Shown in pieces: positions 25,908 through 34,541 of a DNA stretch of 40,000 nucleotides. Position numbers and translations under genes: made by a program. Below the pieces are notes generated by a model. That model ran no database searches. It was given only the letters and a program-made list of their open reading frames with translations, and was not told the origin of the DNA. Source of the stretch: Asanoa ishikariensis (GTDB lineage: Bacteria; Actinomycetota; Actinomycetes; Mycobacteriales; Micromonosporaceae); assembly GCF_900107455.1 (NCBI RefSeq), contig NZ_FNQB01000004.1, positions 280,193-320,192 on the forward strand, given 5' to 3'. Each line of letters opens with the position of its first letter. The first letter of the stretch is position 1.

Positions 25908-28900
25908 GATCGATCCCCCATTGGTTGCCCCCCACGATGCACGTCGCCGCGACTACGCGAATCTTCGGGCGAAGAAGCCCGTTAACTAGGAGGTTTGTCA
26001 TGTCCACGTTCGTCACATAGCTCTCGGTGTCGGAGAGCAGCCGTCCGGCGGCCTTCCGAGCCAATGCTTGCGCCCGCTGGATGGCCAGTTTGCGACGGCC
26101 TTCGGCGTGAGCGGCAGTAGTCTTCGCCTGGAGGTCTTCACTGCTCGCGAGGAGTTCGCGAGCAGTCGCTTCGGCGGTCCGCGCGGCGTCCGCGAAGCGC
26201 GCGAGGCCGCCGAAGCTGTTCAGGACCGGCGTGGCGCGATCGGGGTTCAAGTTGATGTCTCGCGCCCCGTACGGCTGGTTCAGCCACCTGAGGAGGTGTT
26301 CATCGCTAACTCGGGTGCCTGCGGTGTCTAGCCAGACCCGTTCGATGTAAGGCGGTAGCAGCAGGTCGGCGTGCCGCCGAATCGCGTGCTGGGCTTCCTC
26401 GCCGGCATCGGGGTGGTCGAGGGCCGACGTCAAGTCGGCCTCTACCACGACCTCGAATCCAAAGTGCACAGTCTCGTGTGGCTGGCCAGGGCGCCACAGT
26501 GCTGAGGCTTGTCCTCGGTCGTCGATCGCGATGACGGCGCTGAGTAGTTCGATTAGCGGATTGCCGATTCGGAAGAGTCGGACGCCACCATCGTGTAGAT
26601 CGGTGGTGTGCAGGCTGACATTGCGATTGAACGCTCCAGTCATACTGCCGGCCGGGAGGTGGCGGCGTCCGTGCGCCAGAACCAGCGGGGAGATCAACGG
26701 TGGAGCGCTGCTGTTGAATCCGAACGTCACCACGGCTTCGCCGGGTGGTTCGACGGTGAGACGGACACCGCCGCTGGTGTGGGAGGTCAGGGCTCGCAAA
26801 GCACGCTCCTGGCGCTGCCAGCCCAGCTCCATCCGGGCGATCGCCTTGGCGACCCGCAACCCGTTCGGGTCTTCGTGGATCGATTCGAGGGCATCCATCG
26901 CCTCGATCTCGATCCGCTCCTTGCGCAGTTCGGCGACGACCTGGTCCGTCCGCGCGGTTATCGCGGTCGGCCCGTTGAGTACGGCCGCCTCCCAAGCTTG
27001 CTCTTGAATCTGGTCCAGTCGGTCTTGCAACGCCGACAGAGAGCCGTCGAACGCGCCTACCGCGTCTACTAGGAAGTCGCGCCAGGCGGAGTTGAAAGAC
27101 TCGTCGGAGCCACCACCCGACTCGCAGTGTTGGGCAGCGGGTTGTTTGCCGCTCCACGACCAGCCAGCGAACCGGTCAACCCGCCCTAGCCTTTGTTCCA
27201 GCCGGTTCGGCGACCAGGGCAACCGAAGGTGGACGACGACGTCGGCCTCTTGCAGGTTGACCCCGTCCTCTCCGCTGTCGTCCACGATCAGCAGCGCCGA
27301 CCCGGTTCCTAGGCGCCAGGTCGAGAGGTCGGCCGCGACTTGGTCGCCAGCTCGGCTGCCGGTGTGACGCAGGATGGTCCATGGGGTCCGCCGCGTGAGC
27401 AACGCAGCGAGGTCGTCCGCCATCCGCCCGGGGCCGCAGAAAACGACCGGTCGCTGGGCTCCCTTCAGCACTCGGCCAAGTTCGTTGAGAGCCAGCGCGG
27501 GGCTGGTCGTCATCTGGGTTAGCTCGTCCAACGTCTGTTTTTCCGTTGACAACACAGGAACATCGCGAAGTACCGCTCGCTCGGACACGGAGAGTCCGGC
27601 GCTACTCGCCGAGGCCGCAATCCCGTCGATCCGCCACCGAAGCGCATCGATCAGGTCCCCGGAAAGTTCGTCGACTCGGCTGGCGAGGATCGCAAGCACC
27701 TGGCCGTAACGGCGGGCAAGCCTCTCGTCGTCGTGGTCCACCAGCCATTGGGCGACTCGCTGCTGCCACTCCAGCAGGGCTTGTTGTGCAAGTAGCGCGC
27801 GGCGACTGCCCAGCGCGAGGCTTGCTGGCCGGCTACGACTGGTGACCTCGAAGGGCACCAGGTCTTCGTCCCGTGTCGACAGCACGTCGGTGCGGCGGTG
27901 CCGGATCATCCGGCGGTGCATCCGGTACGTCTCGCTGATGTGTGCGCGCAGCAAGTCCAACGCCTCGGCCAACTTTGGCCGCTCCGTTTCGCTGTGCAGG
28001 TCGCCGAACTCGGTGAGGAATTTCCGGATGCCGATCGAAAGCTCGTCGAAGGTCTCGTCGCCGGGAATAATCGTGGCGATTTCATCGAGCACCTGCGGCA
28101 GCAACATCTCAAATTCTGCGTTCAGGCCGTGAACGGCATTGGCGAGTAGTCTTCGATCCTCGAAATGGACGCGGAACCGATCCAGATCGGACCACTTGTA
28201 AAGATGTGGATCGAGCAGATGCAGAAGGCTGAGGTGCAATTCCGGGCGAGCGGCGGCGGGCGTCGCGGAGAGCAGGATGAGCCGGGGTACTGAATGCGCC
28301 AAGGCCACCAACTGCGGGTAGGGTGCCTGCCGAGGGTCGCCGGTCCGGGTGAGGTTGTGCACCTCGTCGATCACGAGAAGATCGAAGCCGTGGTACTCGC
28401 GCCAGCGGTCGGGAGCCTCGTGTTGCCCGATCCGGATGTCCGCGTTCGGGAAGTCGTCGATGAAGAACTTGGTGCGCAACTCGGCCTTCCACTGCCGGCG
28501 CAGAAGATCCGGAGTGAGCACAGCGATCCGGGCCGACGGATGGTCGATGAGGTGCTGCCGGATGACCAGCCCTGCCTCGATGGTCTTGCCCAAACCAACC
28601 TCATCGGCCAGCACGTACCGCTGGACAGGATCAGTTAGGACGGTCAGGGCTGTGTCGACTTGGTGGGGATAGATCTCGATGGCTGATGAAACCAGAGCCG
28701 AGAAGTTCGCCGAGGCGGCACGTTGCCACATCAGGCTGTACAACATGGGAATCCGGGCGTCCCGAAAGTATGGTGACTCGTTCGCGCCGGCCGCGAGCAC
28801 CTCCACCGGTGACTGGACCGGCCGGTTCCACCGCACGTAGAGGTTTGTGGCCGAGATCTGTAGGTCGAACTCTCGGTTGGGTAGACGCACCGCGTAGTGG

Positions 28901-29208
28901 TGCGGACCGCCACCTACGACGCGGCCGGCGCGCCACGCGCCGCTGCCTTCGTGGTCGGGCCAGTACACCCGAGTCTGTATCGGAAGAATGACGACAGAAC
29001 ACTGCTGGGCGGGAAGTTTCCATTCGCGAGCGACGGGTCGAGCGGCGGACTCGAAGGCCTCGACCAGCAGATGATCCCCGTCGTGTGCGCGAACTTTGGC
29101 CACGCCTGGAATGGCTGGGTGCTGTACAAATTGCCCCATGGGATGGCTGGTGAGGGGCGATGGCACCTGCGGAGCGTAGCGAGGATCGTAAGCGTTGATG
29201 ATAGGCAT
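25897..29208 (-). CDS. dpdE: SNF2/RapA-like helicase (1103 aa), first gene of the restriction operon, DpdE-like
   Basis: Track ORF 25897..29208. YPHQ, LADEVGLGKTIEAG (motif I), LLVIDEVHNL (motif II), LLSATP, LPWSPNRLEQRLGRVDRF (motif VI). ATG 29208 is preceded by GAGGAG. Confidence 0.8.
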   Translation of the reverse strand: MPIINAYDPRYAPQVPSPLTSHPMGQFVQHPAIPGVAKVRAHDGDHLLVEAFESAARPVAREWKLPAQQCSVVILPIQTRVYWPDHEGSGAWRAGRVVGGGPHHYAVRLPNREFDLQISATNLYVRWNRPVQSPVEVLAAGANESPYFRDARIPMLYSLMWQRAASANFSALVSSAIEIYPHQVDTALTVLTDPVQRYVLADEVGLGKTIEAGLVIRQHLIDHPSARIAVLTPDLLRRQWKAELRTKFFIDDFPNADIRIGQHEAPDRWREYHGFDLLVIDEVHNLTRTGDPRQAPYPQLVALAHSVPRLILLSATPAAARPELHLSLLHLLDPHLYKWSDLDRFRVHFEDRRLLANAVHGLNAEFEMLLPQVLDEIATIIPGDETFDELSIGIRKFLTEFGDLHSETERPKLAEALDLLRAHISETYRMHRRMIRHRRTDVLSTRDEDLVPFEVTSRSRPASLALGSRRALLAQQALLEWQQRVAQWLVDHDDERLARRYGQVLAILASRVDELSGDLIDALRWRIDGIAASASSAGLSVSERAVLRDVPVLSTEKQTLDELTQMTTSPALALNELGRVLKGAQRPVVFCGPGRMADDLAALLTRRTPWTILRHTGSRAGDQVAADLSTWRLGTGSALLIVDDSGEDGVNLQEADVVVHLRLPWSPNRLEQRLGRVDRFAGWSWSGKQPAAQHCESGGGSDESFNSAWRDFLVDAVGAFDGSLSALQDRLDQIQEQAWEAAVLNGPTAITARTDQVVAELRKERIEIEAMDALESIHEDPNGLRVAKAIARMELGWQRQERALRALTSHTSGGVRLTVEPPGEAVVTFGFNSSAPPLISPLVLAHGRRHLPAGSMTGAFNRNVSLHTTDLHDGGVRLFRIGNPLIELLSAVIAIDDRGQASALWRPGQPHETVHFGFEVVVEADLTSALDHPDAGEEAQHAIRRHADLLLPPYIERVWLDTAGTRVSDEHLLRWLNQPYGARDINLNPDRATPVLNSFGGLARFADAARTAEATARELLASSEDLQAKTTAAHAEGRRKLAIQRAQALARKAAGRLLSDTESYVTNVDMTNLLVNGLLRPKIRVVAATCIVGGNQWGIDRAA

Positions 29209-29584
29209 AACGTCTCCTCGCTGGCTATCTAACGTCTTCGTAAGGTCGGCATGTCTTCACAAAAATGCGCCCGAAAGTGCAGGCGTGTCGCGCGGGTTGC
29301 TGGCCGCAACCTGTGCATGCCACCGTGATCGCGGTGCTCGACCGCCTGGCGGTCGAAGCCTAATGGGGTGAGGCAAATAGCAAAGCGTTGGTGTCGCAGG
29401 ATTTCATCGGCTTGCGGAAGCGAATCCGCCTTCGATTTCCCATTTATCGGTATAGGAGTAGCGTTGGCTGTGCTCGCCGGTTGATCCGAAAGGGTTGGGT
29501 TCCGTCCGTCGCGCACAGCACGACAACGGGTTGACTGTGGATGAGCCATCCCTTGGGGGCCCTCGTCTTCGGGGGTCGGGATTC
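29209..29584. promoter_or_regulatory. Divergent control region between the restriction operon (-) and the methyltransferase/kinase pair (+)
   Basis: 376 bp with no convincing ORF, locally AT-richer (for example ttcacaaaaatgcg and tttcccatttatcggtatagg). Contains an 8-bp direct repeat taacgtct (29208-29215 and 29230-29237) and a small inverted repeat ggttgc-N5-gcaacc. Promoter positions themselves are not resolved. Confidence 0.4.
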
Positions 29585-31501
29585 ATGGAACCACTGTCGG
29601 AGAACACTGTCAACAGACAAAGTCTGGACGCCCTGTGTACACTCCGCCGTGTGGAACGGAGAGCAAGGGTCACGGCAGCGGACATCGCCCGCCTTGCGGG
29701 AGTCGGGCGGGCCGCCGTCACCAACTGGCGGAAGCGGCATGCGACGTTCCCGACGCCGGTGGGCGGTACTGCCGCGTCCCCGCACTTCGATCTCGAACAG
29801 GTTGAGGTATGGCTGGCTGACCAGGGCAAACTGCCGGCAGTCGCTGACGAGGATCGAATCTGGCGCAAGCTGCTCGCGAGCGCGGATGATCCGTCCGAAG
29901 CCTTGGCTGCCGCAGGCGAACACCTCCACGGTGTACGCCCTTTGCCCTATTCCGAGTTGGAGTTGGAACTCGCCGACCTTGCGAGAAGACGTGAGCCGCA
30001 GGGCGCGTTCGATGAACTCTGGCGCCGGTTCGTCGGGCTGCCTGGACAGCGTTCGATCACCACACCGGACGCTCTAGCCGACCTGATGGTCACCCTCGCC
30101 CACGTCTCCGGCAGTACAGTCCTGGACCCTGCTTGCGGGAACGGGAGTCTGCTGCGTGCGGCAATCAGGGCCGGCGCCACAACGGTCTATGGCCAAGACA
30201 ACGACGCCGCCGCGACTCGTCTTGCTCGACTCTGGCTCGCGATCAACAATCGGCCAGGGACGGTCGCTACCGACGACTCCCTACGACGGGATGCCTTTCC
30301 CGGCCTCAACGTCGATGCGGTGGTGGCAAACCTGCCGTTCGGCCTTACCAACTGGGGGCATGAGGCGCTCAGCCACGACGCGCGATGGGTCTATGGACTT
30401 CCGCCACGTACCGAACCTGAACTCGCTTGGGTGCAACATGCGCTCGCTCATCTGAAACCCGGGAGGCGTGCGGTACTGCTGATGCCGCCTTCGGCGGCGA
30501 GTCGGCGAGCGGGTCGGCGCATCCGCTCCGAGTTGCTGCGGCGGGGAGCGATTCGTGCGGTAGTCGCGTTGCCGCCGGGAGCTGCCGCGCCTCACGCGAT
30601 CAGCCTGCACCTTTGGGTGCTGCAGCGCACGACCCAGGCCGCTCAAGAGGTCTTATTCGTCGATGCGACCGCGGCAAGCATCGAGTCGGTCACCCGGCGC
30701 ATCGCGGAATCCGTGGAGGGCGCCGACGACGACATGACATACGCGGCCTCGGTGATCGATCTACTGGACGAAGAAGTCGATCTTACGCCCGGCCGGCACG
30801 GCTTGGCAGATGCGGCTGGGGCTGCGTCGGCGAAGACGCTGCACGAGAGCCGGAAACGGCTGGTCGGTATGGTTAACTCGCTTCACGACCTCTTGCCCGA
30901 CTTGCCTGATGCGGACGTCGCTGCCGGCCCGCTTCCCGTGATCGGAGTCGCTGAGTTGGTTCGCACGGGAAGTCTTCATCTGCTTGGTCCGGTCCGTGTC
31001 GGCCCGAGTGATTTGGGTCAGGAGACAGATGTCCCGGTATTGACCAGCGATGACGTCGTAGCGGGCCACAGTGCATCCGGACGCTCGGAAGGGCCGCTTC
31101 ATCCGCAGATCCCTCTGCTGCCAGGCGATGTGGTCGTGCCTACGATCGGCTCGGGCATAGTGGCACGCGTCATCACCGCAGAGCCAGCGGTGCTCGGCCG
31201 CAATCTGCTTCTCCTGCGTTGCACGCCGGATGAACTTGACCCATGGTTCCTCGCGGGCCACTTACGAACATCGACCAACGAACGGCAGACTGCTAGTTCC
31301 TCCGGATCCCAACGTTACGACGTCCGCAAGGCCCAGATCCCACGCATCCCCATTGAGCAGCAGCGGCGGCACGGTGCCGCGTTCCAGAAACTCCAGCAAT
31401 TCGACGTCACCGTCCGAGCGGCCGCGATGCTCAGTGGCGAGCTGTCCCGCCACGCCGCTGACGGCTTGGCCTATGGATTCCTGACGCTTGGCGACATCTG
31501 A
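29585..31501 (+). CDS. N6-adenine DNA methyltransferase (gamma class) with an N-terminal HTH and a C-terminal HsdS-like target-recognition domain
   Basis: Track ORF 29495..31501, preferred ATG 29585 (MEPLSENTV). HTH: VTAADIARLAGVGRAAVTNWRKRHATFPTP. Motif I VLDPACGNGSLL, motif IV VVANLPFGLTNWG. C-terminal roughly 230 aa is TRD-like (VPVLTSDDV...LLPGDVVVP...LDPWFLAGHLRTS...IPRIPIEQQRRHG). No nuclease motif is evident. Confidence 0.85.
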   Translation: MEPLSENTVNRQSLDALCTLRRVERRARVTAADIARLAGVGRAAVTNWRKRHATFPTPVGGTAASPHFDLEQVEVWLADQGKLPAVADEDRIWRKLLASADDPSEALAAAGEHLHGVRPLPYSELELELADLARRREPQGAFDELWRRFVGLPGQRSITTPDALADLMVTLAHVSGSTVLDPACGNGSLLRAAIRAGATTVYGQDNDAAATRLARLWLAINNRPGTVATDDSLRRDAFPGLNVDAVVANLPFGLTNWGHEALSHDARWVYGLPPRTEPELAWVQHALAHLKPGRRAVLLMPPSAASRRAGRRIRSELLRRGAIRAVVALPPGAAAPHAISLHLWVLQRTTQAAQEVLFVDATAASIESVTRRIAESVEGADDDMTYAASVIDLLDEEVDLTPGRHGLADAAGAASAKTLHESRKRLVGMVNSLHDLLPDLPDADVAAGPLPVIGVAELVRTGSLHLLGPVRVGPSDLGQETDVPVLTSDDVVAGHSASGRSEGPLHPQIPLLPGDVVVPTIGSGIVARVITAEPAVLGRNLLLLRCTPDELDPWFLAGHLRTSTNERQTASSSGSQRYDVRKAQIPRIPIEQQRRHGAAFQKLQQFDVTVRAAAMLSGELSRHAADGLAYGFLTLGDI

Positions 31502-33173
31502 ACGGCCCGATGACATCGATCGCCTGAAATGCGCGATGATGGCGGATGCCGAGCAATGGATCGATCATCTATCCACTAGGGCCGTTGCTCGGCCAGCGGA
31601 CAGAATGGGGGTCGCGGTGGCGGGGCGAACGCTCGGCGACGGGCGGTACGAACTGCAAAGCCCGCTCGCGCGTGGAGGGATGGGCGAGGTTTGGCTCGGC
31701 CGCGACACGCGACTTGACCGGGAGATGGCGGTCAAGTTCATCTGGGCCCGGCACGAAGCGCTGGAAGAAGAGCAGCTCCGCCGGTTTTTTCGGGAAGCGA
31801 AGATCACAGCACGGCTGGAGCACCCCGGGGTGCCGGCCGTGTACGACACCGGTGTTGACCAGGACGGTCGCCCGTACATGGTTATGCAACGGGTCCACGG
31901 CATGAGCGTGGCAGACCTCGTCTCCGAGCATGACCCACTGCCGATCAGTTGGGCAGCCACCATCGCCGCGCAAGCATGCGCCGTCCTCGTCGCCGCGCAC
32001 GCCGCATCACTGGTGCATCGTGATCTCAAGCCCAGCAACCTCATGCTCGAACCGAACGGTTGTGTGAAGGTCCTCGACTTCGGCCTGGCCGTGGCACCGA
32101 CCCTGGCTGACTTCTCTCGGATCACCGTGACCGGCCAGCCGATCGGCACCCCGGCGTACATGGCGCCGGAGCAGGTCGAAGCGGGCCTCAGCGAGCCCGC
32201 TACGGACTTGTACGCCCTCGGCTGCACGCTTCACGAGATGATTGCGGGCGACCAAGTCTTCATCGGTCCGACCGCATACTCTGTGATGACGCAGCAGGTG
32301 AGGGACGCGCCGCCGCGACTGCGGTCGTTGCGCTCAGATATCCCCGCGGCGCTGGAGAAACTGGTCCTTGATCTGCTGGAGAAGCGGCCAGAGGACCGCC
32401 CAGCCGGCGCCGACGAGGTTCACCAGCGCCTGCTGCCCTTCGCCAAGAACCTCCCTTCGCTTCCTGGGGTTCTCGAAGCACCAGGTCGACCTAGTCCAGT
32501 CCGTATGTACGCCGAGTTGGTCACTCGAGTGCCAGGCACGGCGCGGGAGTCAACGCCATCCGCTCCTGTGCAAGGCCGGCGTGAACCGAAAACTGCCGAG
32601 CCCGCTGTTACCCGCCAAGCTCTGACGAAAGTGCGCGGCGACGTCGGGCAGTTGATTCGTGACACGAGGTTCAGCGAGGCGGCTGAGATCCTCGCCGACG
32701 CCGAAAACACCGGTCGAGAGGCCTTCGGCGCCACCGACAACGAGGTGCTACGCATCCGCTACGACCTGGCTAACGCGCTGTTTGAGGGCGGTGACTACCG
32801 CCGCGCCGCACCCGTCTACCAAGCGCTTGCTGCTGATCTGCTGGCCGGGGGAGCTGGCTCATCCGACATGGTGTTCGACTGTCGGGTCAGGGCGGCCATC
32901 TGTCAGGCTATGACGGGCGAGGCACGGCAAGCCTTAGAACAACTCGACGGGCTACTTGCCTACCGGCGAGGTTCCTACGGCGCGGACGATCCCCGCACGC
33001 TGGAGCTTCGTAAACAAATCGCCCTGCTGCAGTTGCGGTCCGGCCAACATGACAGGGCCCAAAAGACGCTGACGAGCCTGCTCGATGACGTGCGCCGGTT
33101 GCCGGCCGGCACGGACCCAAGTCCAGCCGAGGTCGCAGATCTGCTCGCGTCCATTCGCTCCGAGAAGAACTAG
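31488..33173 (+). CDS. Hanks-type Ser/Thr protein kinase with a C-terminal TPR-like helical repeat region, no transmembrane segment
   Basis: Track ORF 31488..33173. Gly-loop ARGGMGEVW, MAVKFI (catalytic Lys), HRDLKPSNLML, DFGLA, GTPAYMAPEQ. C-terminal roughly 190 aa is helical-repeat. Start is ambiguous: TTG 31488 overlaps the methyltransferase stop by 14 nt; in-frame ATG candidates are at 31536 and 31605. Confidence 0.85.
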   Translation: MATSERPDDIDRLKCAMMADAEQWIDHLSTRAVARPADRMGVAVAGRTLGDGRYELQSPLARGGMGEVWLGRDTRLDREMAVKFIWARHEALEEEQLRRFFREAKITARLEHPGVPAVYDTGVDQDGRPYMVMQRVHGMSVADLVSEHDPLPISWAATIAAQACAVLVAAHAASLVHRDLKPSNLMLEPNGCVKVLDFGLAVAPTLADFSRITVTGQPIGTPAYMAPEQVEAGLSEPATDLYALGCTLHEMIAGDQVFIGPTAYSVMTQQVRDAPPRLRSLRSDIPAALEKLVLDLLEKRPEDRPAGADEVHQRLLPFAKNLPSLPGVLEAPGRPSPVRMYAELVTRVPGTARESTPSAPVQGRREPKTAEPAVTRQALTKVRGDVGQLIRDTRFSEAAEILADAENTGREAFGATDNEVLRIRYDLANALFEGGDYRRAAPVYQALAADLLAGGAGSSDMVFDCRVRAAICQAMTGEARQALEQLDGLLAYRRGSYGADDPRTLELRKQIALLQLRSGQHDRAQKTLTSLLDDVRRLPAGTDPSPAEVADLLASIRSEKN

Positions 33174-33215
33174 GGACGGCGACGTGCGAGTCGCGACTCG
33201 CCGAGGACCAGCATG

Positions 33216-34541
33216 TCAGGCCGGCAGGTTCGGCTCGTACAGCCACGCGGCGAACAGCTCGCTGAGTGAGCCTGACGTGTGGTGCTGCGCCAGCGTCGTG
33301 AACTGCTCGGTGGTCACCGTGCCGTGCTGATGGGTCTGCGCCCAGTCCCGCACCAGCGCGAAGAACGACGCGTCACCGATGACCGTGCGCAGGGCGTGCA
33401 GGGTCAGTGCTCCGCGCTGGTAGACCCGGTCGTCGAACATCCGCCGTACTCCCGGATCGGCCACCCGCAGGTCCTGCGGCAACCCGGCCAGCAGCCTCCG
33501 CGACCGGGCCGCGTGCATCGCTGCCGAGTCGCCGCCGGAGAGCTCTGACCACAGCCACTCCGCGTACTTCGCGAAGCCCTCGTTCAGCCAGATGTGCCGC
33601 CAGTCGGCCACCGTCAGGCTGTTGCCGAACCACTGGTGCGCCAGCTCGTGGGCGACGAGCCGCTCGGATCCGCGCCGCCCGTCGACGTGGTTCGCGCCGA
33701 AGATGGACAGCCCGTGTGCCTCGACCGGCACGTCCAGCTCCTCGTCGACCACGACGACCGCGTACTCGCTGAACGGGTACGGCCCGAAGAGGCCCTCGAA
33801 GGTCGTCATCATCTCCGGCTGCCGGGCGAAGTCGTGCGCCACCGGGGTGAGCAGCCGCGGCGGGACGGCCGCCCGCTGCGGAATCGGACCGGTGGCCAGG
33901 TCGACGAGCGCGTAACGTCCGATCTGGACGGTCGCGAGGTAGGTCGACATCGGCGCCGACTGCTCGTACACCCAGGTTGTCCTGGTCGCACCGACCGTGC
34001 GGGAGACCAGGGTGCCGTTGGCGACGACGGTGAACCGCGACTGGGTGGTCAGCGCGATCCGGTACGTGGCCTTGTCGGCAGGGTGGTCGTTGCACGGGAA
34101 CCAGGACGGCGCTCCCGTCGGCTGGCTCGCCACGAGCGCGCCGTCGTCGAGCCGCTCCCAGCCGAGGTCGCCCCACCGGCTGGGGATCGCCCGGGGAGCG
34201 CCTTCGTACCGCACCGTGACCGTGAACGGTCTCCCGGCGCGCAGCGGCGACGCCGGTCGGATCCGCAGCTTGCCGGCGCGATGGCTGTAGCGCGCCCGCG
34301 CGCCGTCGACCAGGACCTGGTCGACCTGGAACATGCCGAGATCCAGGCTGACCTCGGCAAGGGTACGGTCGGCCGTCGCGGAGATCGTCGCCCGGCCGGA
34401 GAGCCGGCCCGGACCGGCCCGGTAGTCCAGCTCGAGGTCGTAGTGCGTCGTCCGGTAGCCGTCGTTGCCGTGCCGGGGCAGATACGGGTCCGCGCCCACG
34501 CTCAGTCCGCTTGCCACGCGGCGATCGGGTTGCCCAGCCAA
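33216..34541 (-). CDS. M1-family zinc metallopeptidase (aminopeptidase N-like, short form)
   Basis: Track ORF 33216..34541. HELAHQWFGN...WLNEGFA (HEXXH-X18-E). The usual GxMEN exopeptidase motif position reads VPVEAHG. An alternative GTG start at 34499 lies just after the upstream NRPS stop (34502). Confidence 0.85.
   Translation of the reverse strand: MAGQPDRRVASGLSVGADPYLPRHGNDGYRTTHYDLELDYRAGPGRLSGRATISATADRTLAEVSLDLGMFQVDQVLVDGARARYSHRAGKLRIRPASPLRAGRPFTVTVRYEGAPRAIPSRWGDLGWERLDDGALVASQPTGAPSWFPCNDHPADKATYRIALTTQSRFTVVANGTLVSRTVGATRTTWVYEQSAPMSTYLATVQIGRYALVDLATGPIPQRAAVPPRLLTPVAHDFARQPEMMTTFEGLFGPYPFSEYAVVVVDEELDVPVEAHGLSIFGANHVDGRRGSERLVAHELAHQWFGNSLTVADWRHIWLNEGFAKYAEWLWSELSGGDSAAMHAARSRRLLAGLPQDLRVADPGVRRMFDDRVYQRGALTLHALRTVIGDASFFALVRDWAQTHQHGTVTTEQFTTLAQHHTSGSLSELFAAWLYEPNLPA

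Larger units (their letters stand above)
4194..33215. other. Compositionally distinct accessory region (defence island) inserted between core-like flanks
   Basis: Lower GC by eye than both flanks. Sampled 60-nt lines give 31/60 G+C at 8461 and at 22861 inside the region, against 41/60 at 601 and 47/60 at 36001 outside it. Content is exclusively DNA modification/restriction-type genes. No integrase, tRNA or flanking direct repeat was identified, so the borders are approximate. Confidence 0.55.

Noticed and set aside
29229-29929. Minus-strand ORFs 29229..29549, 29404..29868 and 29444..29929 in and beyond the divergent control region
   Set aside because: They have no motifs or RBS and are mutually overlapping. 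They partly overlap the well-supported methyltransferase N-terminus on the other strand, so I treat them as non-coding.
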